DNA from: Anaeromyces robustus
Taxonomy: Eukaryota
Reading direction: 5' to 3'
DNA length: 62,559 nucleotides
NCBI GenBank assembly: GCA_002104895.1
Contig: MCFG01000091.1
Location: 124,001-186,559, forward strand
Under the pieces are notes generated by a model. It had not been told where the DNA came from, did no database searches, and was given only the letters and a program-made list of their open reading frames with translations. A program made the position numbers and the translations under genes. Shown here piece by piece: positions 38,201-50,767 of this stretch; the stretch's first letter is position 1; each line of letters begins with the position of its first letter.

Positions 38201-38464
38201 TCATAGTATATATATATTTATAATGTAAATGACAAACCTTCATTGGATGGTGAGGTGCAAATTGGAAATTTCCAACATCAGCTTTTTTTTATTAATATTA
38301 ATGTTTATATATATTATTGAAAAATATTATAAGGCGAAAGTGTAAAGATATTAAAAATTAGGATAACTTCTTAAATAATGTAAAAACATTTTATTAAATT
38401 AATAATATTAACATAAAAATTACATACGATCATAAAAATAAGAAACCTTTTTTTTAGAACTCAT
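35289..38464 (-). CDS. Class I histone deacetylase (Rpd3/Clr6/HDAC1-like), about 15 short exons
   Basis: Spliced reading: [136 protein letters not shown]. Catalytic His pair, Zn ligands and Tyr are intact. Internal exon boundaries are approximate. Confidence 0.93.
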
Positions 38465-38764
38465 TTTTATTTTATTAAATTATAAATATTAAAAATAGAA
38501 ATAAAATGTAATGATATATATTATCTATATTAATAAATAAATAATTTTGGTATATAATTATAACACAATATTTTCCCTTTTATATATTTGACTATAGTAT
38601 CATTATCTCATAAAGTATACAATAGTTTTTTTTTTTTGTTTGTTTTATTTTTTATAGACGTTATTAAATTTTTGTTTTTTATAATTTTAATTTTGAAAAC
38701 TCTAGTGTATAATAATAATAATTAATTAAAATATTTTTTCCTATTAGTTTTATTTTTTATTTTT

Positions 38765-39445
38765 TATTATTTTATTAAATATGAAATGTTTAGAAAATAT
38801 GAAATGTTGAACGGAATTAGATATATAATTTTTGAAATTTTTAAATATATTTAAAATGAAGTATTTATAAACAATTTTTTTTTCTTATTTTCTTTAAATT
38901 ATTTAAAAAATTAAAAAATAAATAGTCAAAAAAAAAAATAAATAAATGTAGATAAAATAAAAAATTTTAAATTTTAGAATTTGGAATTAGATTTTTAAAA
39001 TGTAATTTTGAAATTACTTTTTTTATACAATAGTTTATTATTATTATTATTATTCTTTTTTATTTTATTTTATTTTTTTTATTTTTTATTTTTTATTTTT
39101 TTTATTTTTTTTATTTTATTTTATTTTATTTTTCTATTATTTTATTAAATATGAAATGTTTAGAAAATATGAAATGTTTAGAAAATTTGAAATATTTGGA
39201 AAATATGAAATGTTGAATTGAATTAGATATATAGTTTTTGAAATTTTAAATATATTTAAAATGTATTATTGAATTTTATATTTTATTGAAGTATTTATAA
39301 ACTATTTTTTTCTTATTTTCTTTAAATTATTTAAATAAATAGTCGAAAAAAAAAAAAAATAAAAATAAATAAAATAAAAAATAATTTAATAAATTTAAAT
39401 TTTAGAATTTAGAATTAGATTTTTAAAATGTAATTTTGAAATTAT
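38765..39445. repeat. Imperfect tandem direct duplication (about 370-bp offset) upstream of the HDAC gene
   Basis: 'attaaatatgaaatgtttagaaaatatgaaatgtt..gaattagatatata..aagtatttataaac..ttcttattttctttaaattattta..gaattagatttttaaaatgtaattttgaaatta' occurs at about 38775-39016 and again at about 39144-39444. Confidence 0.8.
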
Positions 39446-39489
39446 TTTATTTTATTTTTTTTTTCTAATAATAATATTATTATATAATA

Positions 39490-41494
39490 TGAATATGAAT
39501 AATTCTTTTTCTATTATAAATTTTTGAAATATACGATTGGTTTTCTTTTTATGGAAAAATATAGGTGATTTACCTATAAAAATTTTAAAAGTATATTATA
39601 TTGTATTATATTAATTTTTTTTTAATTAGTTTTAGTATATATTTGGTACCATTTAATTAAAAAATATTTATCTATTATTTAAAATTTATATAATGATTAC
39701 TTACTAAATAATTCAGCTTTGTATATTTTTATCATTATCATAATTACGAATAAATATTACAAAATTTGATGTAATTGGTTCTCTAACGTCGTCGTCAAAT
39801 ATACGTAAACCAATATTAATATATTTTTCATCATTATCTTTATTATGTTTTTTTATCATTAATTTCCTACATTATTATTATTATTATTGTTATTATAGAC
39901 AATTTTTTTTATTATATATTATTAATTATTTCTCTATTTTATTATTACCATATATAATCATTTGCCATAAATTCTGGACCATATTCTTCACTTTCAAGTT
40001 CCTTCCAATTTCTAATTTTCCATTCATAATATTTTTCACCAATGAAGGTATAACGATCATCATCATTTTTTATTATAGATTTAATCTTACTGGAAAAAGA
40101 GACTTTATATTATTATCATTCTAAATTGTAAATTATTAATATAAAAAAATATCATCTATAATACATGTTAAATACCTTTTTTCACTTTTTCCATTTGTCC
40201 TTTTTCTTTATTATTTCTTTCTTCTCTTTCCTTTCCTTTCTTTTTTTCTTTTTCTTCTCTTTCCTTTTTCTCTTTTTCTTCTTTTTCCTCTTTTTCTTTT
40301 TTCTCTTTTTCTTCATTTATTCTCTTTTTTTCTTCTGGTTTAAGAATTTCCTTAATAAAAATTCATATAATTAATGATATAATTATTATAAATAAATAAT
40401 AATAATGAATGGTGATGATGAAATAAAATAGATTTTTTATTCTTTTCTGATAATTATTATAATTATAAAATTTTCATATTTTAAATATATCATTCATTTT
40501 ATATAATATAATCGAATATATTTATCCTTCATTTATTCTATTCTATTTTACTTTATTTTATTTTAAATTTAATATACTTTTTAATTTTATTTTTTAATAT
40601 TTATTTTTATTTAATAAAAAAAAAATAAAACCCTCCCTCCTTATTATCCTTTAGAATTCTAATAATCATACCTCTATAGTCAGTGTAATCTTTTTTCATC
40701 AATTTCTGCATGTCATATTCACCAATTTCATATTCTTCGAATTCTATCTTAAGTTCATGATCAACAGCATATTTTTTTAATAATTTTGCCATATCAATAT
40801 TTTAAATTGAGCAATCCATTTCACTGGATATTCTCCAAAATCATTTCTATCATTTAGTATTAAAGGAATTCTTTTTCTGTCGGCATAATTCATAATTAAT
40901 TTAACTAGATCAATATTATTTTTGTAAACAGCACATAAAAGTGGATAATATTTTTCTTTGCTTTTTTCATTGATTGTCAACAACATATTTTTTTATCAGC
41001 ATAATCAATAATTAATGTTATTTCTATACTATCTAATTCCATAGCTTTCATAAAAATTATTTTTATCAGCATATTCAATAAGTGATTGGAGTATTTTTAT
41101 ATTTTTACTTCTGACAGCATTCATAAATAGAAAATTTTTCTCTGTATCTTTACTATTCAAATCCAAAATAATATTTTTCTGAGTAGCATAATCAATAATG
41201 GCTTTAACTATACTTGTATTATCATTATAAGTGGCTTCAAAAAGTGGATATCTTTTGTTATCTTTTACATTCCATTCTAATGTAATACTATTTTTATTAG
41301 CATAATCTATAGTAAATCTAATCATTTCTAGATTATCCACCATAACAAGTGCTGTAAGTGGATACTCTCCTTTTTCTGATTTTTTATTCAAATATAAAAC
41401 AGTTTTAGCTTCATTTGCTTTATTTAATATTTTTCTTTTTTACACTTTCTACAAAATTTTCTACAGTTGACTTATTACTACCAAATAAACCCAT
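39490..41494 (-). pseudogene. Disrupted ankyrin-repeat gene followed by a K/E-rich exon and MATH-domain exons (probably one ANK-coiled-coil-MATH gene)
   Basis: ATG at 41494 (MGLFGSNK..) hits a stop after 24 codons. Ankyrin repeats of about 40 aa ('YPLFEATYNDNTSIVKAIIDYATQKNIILDLN') are spread over three frames. MATH-like exons 'YTFIGEKYYEWKIRNWKELESEEYGPEFMANDYIW|KLMI..YINIGL..ITSNFVIFIRNYD' lie at about 40070-39700 and carry frameshifts. Confidence 0.7.
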
Positions 41495-42084
41495 TATTGA
41501 AAAATATTAATAGATTAAAATTAATAGATATTATATAAATAAATATATTTAAGAATGTTTAGAGTCGATGTTATTTTAATTTTTAATTTTTGTATTTTGA
41601 TATTAAACTGAGAGTTAATGAAAGAGTATTTACAAATTATGAAATAGTTTTAATTTTAAAAGAAAACGAAAAGGTGTAAATTAAATTAAAATAAATGATT
41701 CTGTATAATAAAATATAATGAATTAAAATAAATAATTATATATAATAATAATATAATTTTATAATCGTTACTATCATTATTAAACTAATAGTTCAAATTT
41801 TATATTTGGTAGATCAATCAAAAAAAGAACGAATAAAATAAAATAAAATAAAATATTTATTGTTTTAATATCATTTGCTTTTAACTTTTATAAATATTAA
41901 AAGAAAAAAAAATTATTAAAGATTTATCCAATAGTAGTGTTAAATTAATATTACAAATTTAATTATTAAAGTGGAATAAATATTAACGAAATTTGTTAAA
42001 ATTGTCAACTGTAGTTTATATATTATCATATTAAACTAGTTTTTTTCAATTTAAATAACTTAAAAATTCAAAAATCATGAAGAT

Positions 42085-42768
42085 CAGCATAGTTTTTCAC
42101 TATTCTACCCATTATTAACACCAATCCAAAATGGAATATCTATCCCATCAATGTCATTGAATTCTAAAACAACATTAGTTTTATTTTTTTCATTTATATC
42201 AAAAATAATTTTATGTTTAATAGAATAGTCCATAATTAATTGAACCATATCTATATTATTTTTTTCGATAGCCATTAAAAGTGAATTAACTCCATCTATA
42301 TCCCTTGCTTTCACTTCCAAAATAATATTATTTTTATCGGCATAATCAATTAACAATTGAACCATTCTTACGTTATTTTGAGAAATTGCTTCTAAAAGTA
42401 GACAATTTTTGTTAATATCTTTATCATTTAAATATAAAGAAAAAATTTCCTTTTCCATGGTATAATCCATAATGGCCTTTACAATTTTCATATTATTATT
42501 GCTAATTGGCAAATAATAGAGGATAACTATCACTTCCACTTTTTACCTTCCATTCCAAAATAATATTATTTTTATTAGCATAATCTATAATTAAATTTAC
42601 CATTTCTATGTTATTCGCTTTAACAAGTCTTATCAATGGATAATACCCACAATCATTTCTATCATTCAAATCCCAAAAAGCATTTTTTCTAAATGCATCA
42701 TTTATAATTCTTTTAGCTTTATTATAATTTTCGCTTTCAATAATTGTTAAAAAGCTATCTACACTCAT
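42085..42768 (-). pseudogene. Second disrupted ankyrin-repeat gene (tandem paralog)
   Basis: 'YYPLIRLVKANNIEMVNLIIDYANKNNIILEW' repeats. A +1 frameshift at about 42508 (YPLLFA/ISNNNMKIV), a fused or deleted repeat near 42180, and a stop at 42105. Confidence 0.75.
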
Positions 42769-43227
42769 TTATTTGAAAAAAAAAAAAAAAAAACAGAGCT
42801 ATATAAATAAAATTCTTCACAGCGATGTTGTTCAATCTTTTTAAAAAAATATTATTTTAATATAAATGGATAGTGGTTAATATATAACTTTATTTAATAA
42901 TAATATTAAATGAAGTTATTATAATTAATCTATAAAAAAAGTTTTATCACATACTAACCTTACCAGTATTACTGTTAAGGAATGCTAGTTGATAAAAACA
43001 TGTTTTACATCTTAATAGATTATTAATAATATATCATTTAAAACTTTAAAAAATATAAAATATAATATTTATTATAAATACAAATAAATACAAAATACTA
43101 ATTAGTTTTATAATATTTTTATATTAAATCTTTTTTTTTAAATTTTTAAAAATTAAAAATCTAACCTTTTAATTTATAATAAATGCATAAATTTTGTTGT
43201 TGTGTTTTCCTTAATATACAAGATTTT

Positions 43228-43733
43228 GCTGAGTGTAGCATTTCGGCAATGTACATGAAATTTTTTGCATTGACAGGTCCTTTACGCCACATTTCATATT
43301 TTAAATTTATATAAATATTTTTTGACGCCACATTTATATAAAAATTTTTTAAGAGAGTTTATATACTAGTACTTGTATATTAAAACATTTCTTATTTATT
43401 TCATAATTTAAAGAATTATAAATATAAATTTTAAATTTCACTTAATATTTTTTTTATTTCATAATTTAAAGAATTATAAATATAAATTTTAAATTTCACA
43501 TAATATTTTATTTATTTCATAAGTTAAATAAAAAAAAAAAAGAAATATTAATAAAAAGAAGATACCACTAATAAATTGGTTTCATAAATCAATAATAAAT
43601 AAAATATTGATTTTAATAATATAATAAATTTTTTATTTATTTATTTTATAAGCCACAATATAATACATTTAAATAATACGTTATTTTAATGCGCGATACA
43701 TTTACGAAATACATTGCCAAAATGCACACTTCC
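43228..43733. mobile_element. Non-autonomous TIR element (MITE), Mutator/MULE-like
   Basis: Left end 'gagtgtagcatttcggcaatgta' versus the reverse complement of the right end 'gaagtgtgcattttggcaatgta'. Flanking direct repeat CAAGATTTT(G) at 43219-43228 and 43734-43743 (9-10-bp TSD). Internal tandem repeat of about 58 bp at 43392-43525. No ORF. Confidence 0.8.
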
Positions 43734-44035
43734 CAAGATTTTGTATTTTAATGTAAATATGTATACATTTAAAAAAATTTAATACAACAATTCTATGGAT
43801 GTTCCAATCATTAATACAATATGTAGGAATATCATCCAATCATTTTCAAAATAATTTTACAGATTGAATATAAATTGAAATATTTAGTAAAATTTGAATT
43901 TCACCTTATAAAAAAAGTTGCAAAAAAAATAAAAAAAAAAAAGCAAATAAGAAAAAGTAAAAAAAGAAAAAGAATAAAAAGCAATATAAAATAGTTAATT
44001 TATATGCTTTAATATTCTTTTTATAATATATAAAT

Positions 44036-44142
44036 AATATTAGTTTAAAGATGAAACCATTTGCTGGCACCAGTCATAGCAATTATGCTGATAAAAGCAA
44101 GAGGACCATTATATACGCAATTGGTTCCTGAAAATTAATATT
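44036..44142 (+). ncRNA. Candidate box C/D snoRNA with two antisense elements to 18S rRNA helix 18
   Basis: GC-richer island. C-like AAGATGA 44048-54, D box CTGA 44128-31, and an 11-bp terminal stem (44036-46/44132-42, one G-U). Internal CTGA 44088-91 and C'-like AAGAGGA 44099-105. TGCTGGCACCAG (44062-73) is the exact complement of 18S CUGGUGCCAGCA. ATATACGCAATTGG (44111-24) is a 13/14 complement of 18S CCAAUAGCGUAUAU. Confidence 0.6.
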
Positions 44143-44962
44143 AATATATATATTTTTAAAATAAAATGAAAAATAATAATAAATAATAAAACAATAAATA
44201 AAGATAAAAATAAAAATAAAAATAAAAAATTAAATATAATTAGTAATATTGATTAAAAATGAAATAAAATGAATGTTTGATAATTGATTTATATTGAAAA
44301 CTAAAAGTTTTGTTTTTGTTAAGCTGAATGGAATTTTTTTTTAATTGATTGGTTCTCTTTATTGATTATAATTAAAGAATTTTTTATTATTAAATTTTAT
44401 TATTAAGTGTTTTGATTTTTTTTATAAATAACCAAATAATTTTTTTAATTATATAATCAAAAAAATTTTGATAATATTAAATATATTGTTGAGCCACAAA
44501 TATTATATATATAATTTTTGATGATAATTACTAATATCATATTTCAGTCATGTGACCGTTATTAAGCCATATTTTAATTTAACCATATATATTAATAATA
44601 CATTGTTATTTATATCATACATTTCATTTTTATATAATAAAGTTGGATTAACTCATAATATGTAAATCTTTCTAAATATTCGATTTATATATATATATAT
44701 TTATATAAATGAGATACATTAATTTTACATTTTTTATTTTATTGGACTTTTAAATGTATGAGTAATAATAAAAACTGATGTATGTATTATACAGATTTTA
44801 TTGTATAACGTAATTGATATAGATTGAAAAAAAAAAAAAAAAAAAAAGATTATATATATATAAAAAAAAAAACGCATAATTATTTTTTTTTCTTTAACAA
44901 AAAAAAAAAAATATTATAATTTATAATATTAATTAATGGAAAATACCCACAAAAAAAGAAAA

Positions 44963-45616
44963 ATGGCTCTTGAAAAAGTTCACACTGAATCTGCTCCAGC
45001 CGCTATCGGTCCATACTCTCAAGCTATTAAGGCTAACGGTATGGTTTACTGCAGGTATGAATTTTTTTTATTTTTATATATATATAAAAATATATAAAAA
45101 TAAAAATAATAAGATTATTATTCATTTTAAGAAAATATATATATATAAAATTCTAATTAAATTTTTTAATTTCGATTTTTTTTTTTTTTAGTGGTCAAAT
45201 TCCATTAGATCCAGAAAAAATGGTCATTGTTGGTAAGGACATTAAGGAACAAACTGCTCAAGTTTTAAAGAACTTAACCGAAGTTTTAAAGGCTGCTGGT
45301 ACTGATGTTGACCATGTTGTTAAGACTACTGTCTTCTTAAAGGATATGAACGATTTCGTTCCAATGAACGAAGTTTATGGTCAAACTTTCAAGGGAAAGC
45401 AACCACCAGCTAGAGCTGCTATTGAAGTAATTATAAAATTTATATTATTCTAAAATTATATCTATTTAATAATAATAATAATTAATAATTAATAATAATC
45501 TTAATGAATAATAATAATAATAATAATAATATAATAATAATTAATAATAATAATAGGTTGCTAGACTTCCAAAAGATGCTCTTGTTGAAATTGAATGTAT
45601 TGCTGCTTTACCATAG
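44963..45616 (+). CDS. ridA: RidA/YjgF/YER057c/UK114 reactive-intermediate imine deaminase (Hmf1/Mmf1-like), 3 exons
   Basis: Exons 44963-45054, 45192-45426, 45557-45616: 'APAAIGPYSQAIKANGMVYCSGQIP..VVKTTVFLKDMNDFVPMNEVY..PPARAAIEVARLPKDALVEIECIA'. Catalytic Arg is present. Strong AAG/AAC/TTC/GCT codon bias suggests high expression. Confidence 0.95.
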
Positions 45617-46634
45617 ATGCAAAAACATTAAAGAATAAAAAAAAAAGAAAAAAAATGAAAAATTAAAAAATTAAAATATTATATGATATTTTTTAATTTA
45701 ACTAAATACGAATTAAAAAATATTCAAACAAAAAAAAAAAAAAAAATTGTAAAAATCAAAGTTTTATTAACAAGCAAATAAATTTTATTAAAAAATAAAT
45801 ATACATGTGTATATCTTTCTCTTTATTTTTTATCTTTTCTCTTTATTTTTTATCTTTTCTCTTTATTTTTATATTTTATTTTATATTATAATTTATATTA
45901 TAATATTTTTATCTTTTCTCTTTATTTTTATAAATTTTTTTATATATTATATAATTATATTTTTGTCTTTCTTTTTATTTTTTATAAATTTTTTTTATAT
46001 TATATAATTATATTTTTGTCTTTCTCTTTTATTTTATATTTTATATATAATAATATTTTTAATAATATTTTTAATAATATTTTTAATAATATTTTTATCT
46101 TTCTCTTCTTATATTTTATTTTATGTCATATAATATTTTTATCTTTCTTATTAGTATTATTTTTTTATTTTATTTTGTGTTTAAATATTATATACATGAA
46201 TCATAACAAAAACTCATTAAAGATGATGTACAAATTGTATACTTTAAAAAAAATATTTATTCTTATATTTTATTTTATATTATATATAATAATATTATTA
46301 TCTTTACCTTTATTTTTATTTTTATATTTTATTTGATATTTTAATTTTGTGAGTATTAATAATATATTTCATATTTTAATTTTGTGAGTATTAAATTATA
46401 ATTTATATTTTAATTTTGTGAGTATTAAATTATATTTTATGTTTTAATTTTTGAATATATAAAAGATAAAACTCTCATTAATACCTAAAAAATTTAATAA
46501 TAAATTTTTTGTTATTAAATATGCATATGATGCTACTTTTTTATGGCAATTATTTTAATGAACTTTAATAAATATTATTTATTATAAAATAGTGTAACCA
46601 GACCAAATAAAGTTAAATAAATGATATAAAAACT

Positions 46635-46675
<41 letters not shown>

Positions 46676-47264
46676 CATTTCAACAATATAAGAAATACCT
46701 CTACTAGTACCTTATATTTGTAATGTATTATTTTATTCATTATAAACTTTATTAAAAAAAATTAAATAAAAAATTACTCAAAATTAATAATATTCAATAA
46801 ATGATTATTAATTTATTTAAATAATATTATAGTTTTTAAATCTATATTGTCCTGATAACATTTATATTATAAAAAAAAAAAAAAAAGAAAAAAAGAAAAA
46901 CTATTTTATATAAAGTATATTATTTAAAAACAAAATAATATTATTGTTTTATTATTTTAATTATTTTTAATTTTTAATTTTTATTTTTTTATTCAATTTT
47001 TATTTTTTTTATTAAATATAATTATTGATATTTAAATTATCATTAAAAACATTATATCGTATTATTATTAATTTTTATTATTATAAATATATAATAATAA
47101 AAATTATTATATATTTTATTTTTAAATTTTTAGTATTATAATTTATTATTATTATTATTATTTGTTATTTAGTTTATTAGATTTTTTTAATATTTTTTTA
47201 TTTTTAAAAATAATCAAATAATAAATAAATACAAAAGAAAAAAAAATTTTTTTCTTCTATTTTC

Positions 47265-47309
<45 letters not shown>

Positions 47310-47489
47310 TTTTTTTTTTTTTTTTTTGCTTTTTTTTTTTTTTTTTTTTTGCTTTCTTTTTCTTTATTTTATTTTTTATTTTTTTTTTTTATTTTTTATT
47401 TTTTTTTATTTTATTTTATTTTAAAAAAAATAAATAAATAATTAAATACGTCATTATTAACATATTAGTGATTGAGAATAAGAAAGAGA

Positions 47490-50400
47490 TTAAGTAAATG
47501 ATTGTGATAATGATTGTGATAATTGTGATAATGATTGTGATTGATAAGGTGAAGAAAGAGATTGAGATGAAGATTGAGGGTATAATGATTGAGATAATGA
47601 TTGAGATAAAGATAAAGAAAGTGATTGAGATTGAGATTGAGAATGAAATTGAGAATGGGATGGTGATGGTGATTGTGAAAGAGAATGAGAATAAGATAAA
47701 GATTGTGAATTTGATAAAGATTGTGATGGGGACAATGAAATTCTAGATTGAAAATTCATATTACTCATATTATTCATATTATTCATATTATTATTAGGTA
47801 TAGGTATAGGTATACCATATTGTTTATTAATTGAAGAATTATTACTATATCTAGCATTATTTAAACTATATATACTACTATTTGCACTTTGAACAGACAT
47901 AACATGAGATGATGAACTATCTTGATAAAATTCTGAAACATATTCATTAATATATTCACCATAATTTTCTACAAGAATTGAACCATATTGTTCTGAAAAA
48001 TGTTTTCTAACCGCTTTTTTTGATACTGGATTATCTTTTGTTCCTTTTAAAAGATAAAAAATTTCATCATGAATATCTTGAAGAATTGAAATTCTATTAC
48101 TATTATTAGTATTATTATTATTATTGATATTAGAGGTTGTATTTACTGTTGAAATTGATTCACGCCAACTAACATAATCTACTTCAGTCATAGATACTAT
48201 AGAATAAGTGGTATTTGATGGATTATAATCTGAACCAAAAGTTGTTCCAGATACAATACGAGGACGATTAGGGAATTGACTGGTTGTTGATGAAGAAAGT
48301 GAAATTCTTGAAGTACGTGATAAAGTATAAGTTGGAATATATTTTTCATTGGGTTGACCTCTTTGATAACGTTGAGGTAATGATGTTCTAGAAGTACTAG
48401 AAAAGAAACCTGGATTCATATGAGTACCACCAATATAATATTGATGAGTTTCAATTGAATCACGACGATCTTCTACTATAGCTTCTTCATATTCAAAACT
48501 TGTTGAGAAATTTTCTAATTTATTTGAATTACTTCTTTGAATTTGACGTTTATTTTGAGAATTAAAATTTAAACTATAAGATCTTTTACGACTATGTAAT
48601 GATGATATTGGTTTATCATCAGTACTTTTATTACTTTTTATTATATAACTATCATCTAAAAAGTCATTATTATTAACATTAGTAATAACACTTGGTGAAA
48701 TTTCGCTATTTATCTCTTTATTAATAATAGAATCATCTTGACTTAAGTTATGACTTAAATTATGATTAATAATGTTATCATTAATGACATTCATACTTAT
48801 TCTATGATTAGCAATAATAGTTGAATCATTACCTAAATTTTTTGAATTATTAGCATCAAAAGATGATTCACCTATAATAAAGGAATTTTGATTTTGTCTA
48901 TTACCAAAATCATAAGTATCTGTATATAGTACTGGTGGAGGCGGCGTCAATATATTAGAATCAATATTTATATCAGATAAAATATTCTTATTATTATTAT
49001 CATTATCATTTTTCTCATTATTACTTTTAATATCATTACTATCATTACTATTGAATTTTGATAAAGATATATTTTCAATATTATAATCATTTTTGAATGT
49101 GTTTTTATTCACTTTATTATTATTATTATTATTGTTGTCATTATCATTATCATTACCATTATCTTCACTTTCATCTTCAAAAGATTCTTCAATGATAATT
49201 AATTCATTAGTATTTTCATTATTACTATTAAAAGTATTATCATTATAAAAAGTTAAACTTCTTTCTAAACTTATTTTACTATCCAAAGTTCGACTTCTTT
49301 CTATATCAATTTTATTATCAATATCTTCTTCTATATGGATTAAATGACTATCATCAAAATATGAACTCATTTCGTTATTATTACTGAAAGTATTATCATT
49401 ATCCAAAGTTATACTTTTCTCTAAACTCATTTTTCTATTATATATTTGATTTTTATCTAAAAATAGTTTGTTATCCATAATTGTTCCTTTTTCTAAATTT
49501 ATTTTACCCTCAACATCTTCTTCTATAAAGTTCAAACGACGAGAATAACGATTTGTATTTTCATTTTCATTTTCGATTTCAATTTCATTTTCGATTTCAA
49601 TTTCATTTTCATTAACAATTTCGATTTCATTTTTATTTTTGCTATTATTTTCATTTTCATTTTTGTTTTTATCTTCATTTTCATTTTCATTTTCATTTTC
49701 ATTTTCAGTTTTATCTGAATAAATTTTATTTTGTATTAATAAATCATTGCCATTATCATTAGTAATAATCTTATTATTATTTTTACTTTCATTACTTTTT
49801 TCATTATTTTTTTCCTTTGAATCTCTTAATTTATTATTAATAAAAATAGTATTTTCATATTCTTCATTCGTTTCAGAGGAAGTATGACGATTACCTTTTT
49901 TAGTAGTTGCCTTTCTTTTATAAAGAATACCACTACTTGTTTGACTTCTTCTATCTAAAGATAGCATACTTTCCTTTTTCTTTAGTTCTAATGATTGACG
50001 AGAATGTTGAATTAATCTATTATGTCTTTGTAAATGTGATGACAAATTACTAATACTACCAGAGTGTGAGTATATACTACTTAAAATACTACAATTACTA
50101 TGAATACTATTATTATCCCAAGAAGTCTTTATAGATTTATTTAATTTAAAGGCTTGATTTATTGGATATTGACCTCGTGATCCTTTTCTATCTCTTCTAC
50201 TATGTCTAATTTTAAATATTTTTTCTCTTTCTTCCTTAATATTATTTATACTATTAACATCATCAATTACAGAACTTTTAATAACAGATGATGATGATGA
50301 TGAAATAATATGATTATGATTATTATTATTTTCATTCTCATTATCATTTTCATTATCACTATAATTATCATTATCATTGACATTATCCTTATCTTTATTC

Positions 50401-50734
50401 TTATAATTATTGTTATTTTTAGTATTAAAGTAATCAAAAGATGAAGAATTATTTAAAAATGGATTATTTGAATTTATTCTAGTCGATGTATTATATGAAT
50501 TATCATGGTGAATTGGATTAACTGTAGTTGCTGTCATGTTTTGATTACCAAGGATAATAGGATCAACAGATTTTAATGATAATTGTGAATTATTATTCTT
50601 TTTATTTATTGTAACAGATAATAAATTAGAATCATCATTATTGTTTTTAATTGGCATATTATTTAATTCAATATGAATATTATTTAGCAATGTATCATTT
50701 TTTTTATTATTTGAAGCATCTATTGGATAATCAC

Positions 50735-50767
<33 letters not shown>

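Noticed and set aside
44547..44556. GTCATGTGAC E-box/CLEAR-like motif upstream of ridA
   Set aside because: A single short match with no conservation evidence.
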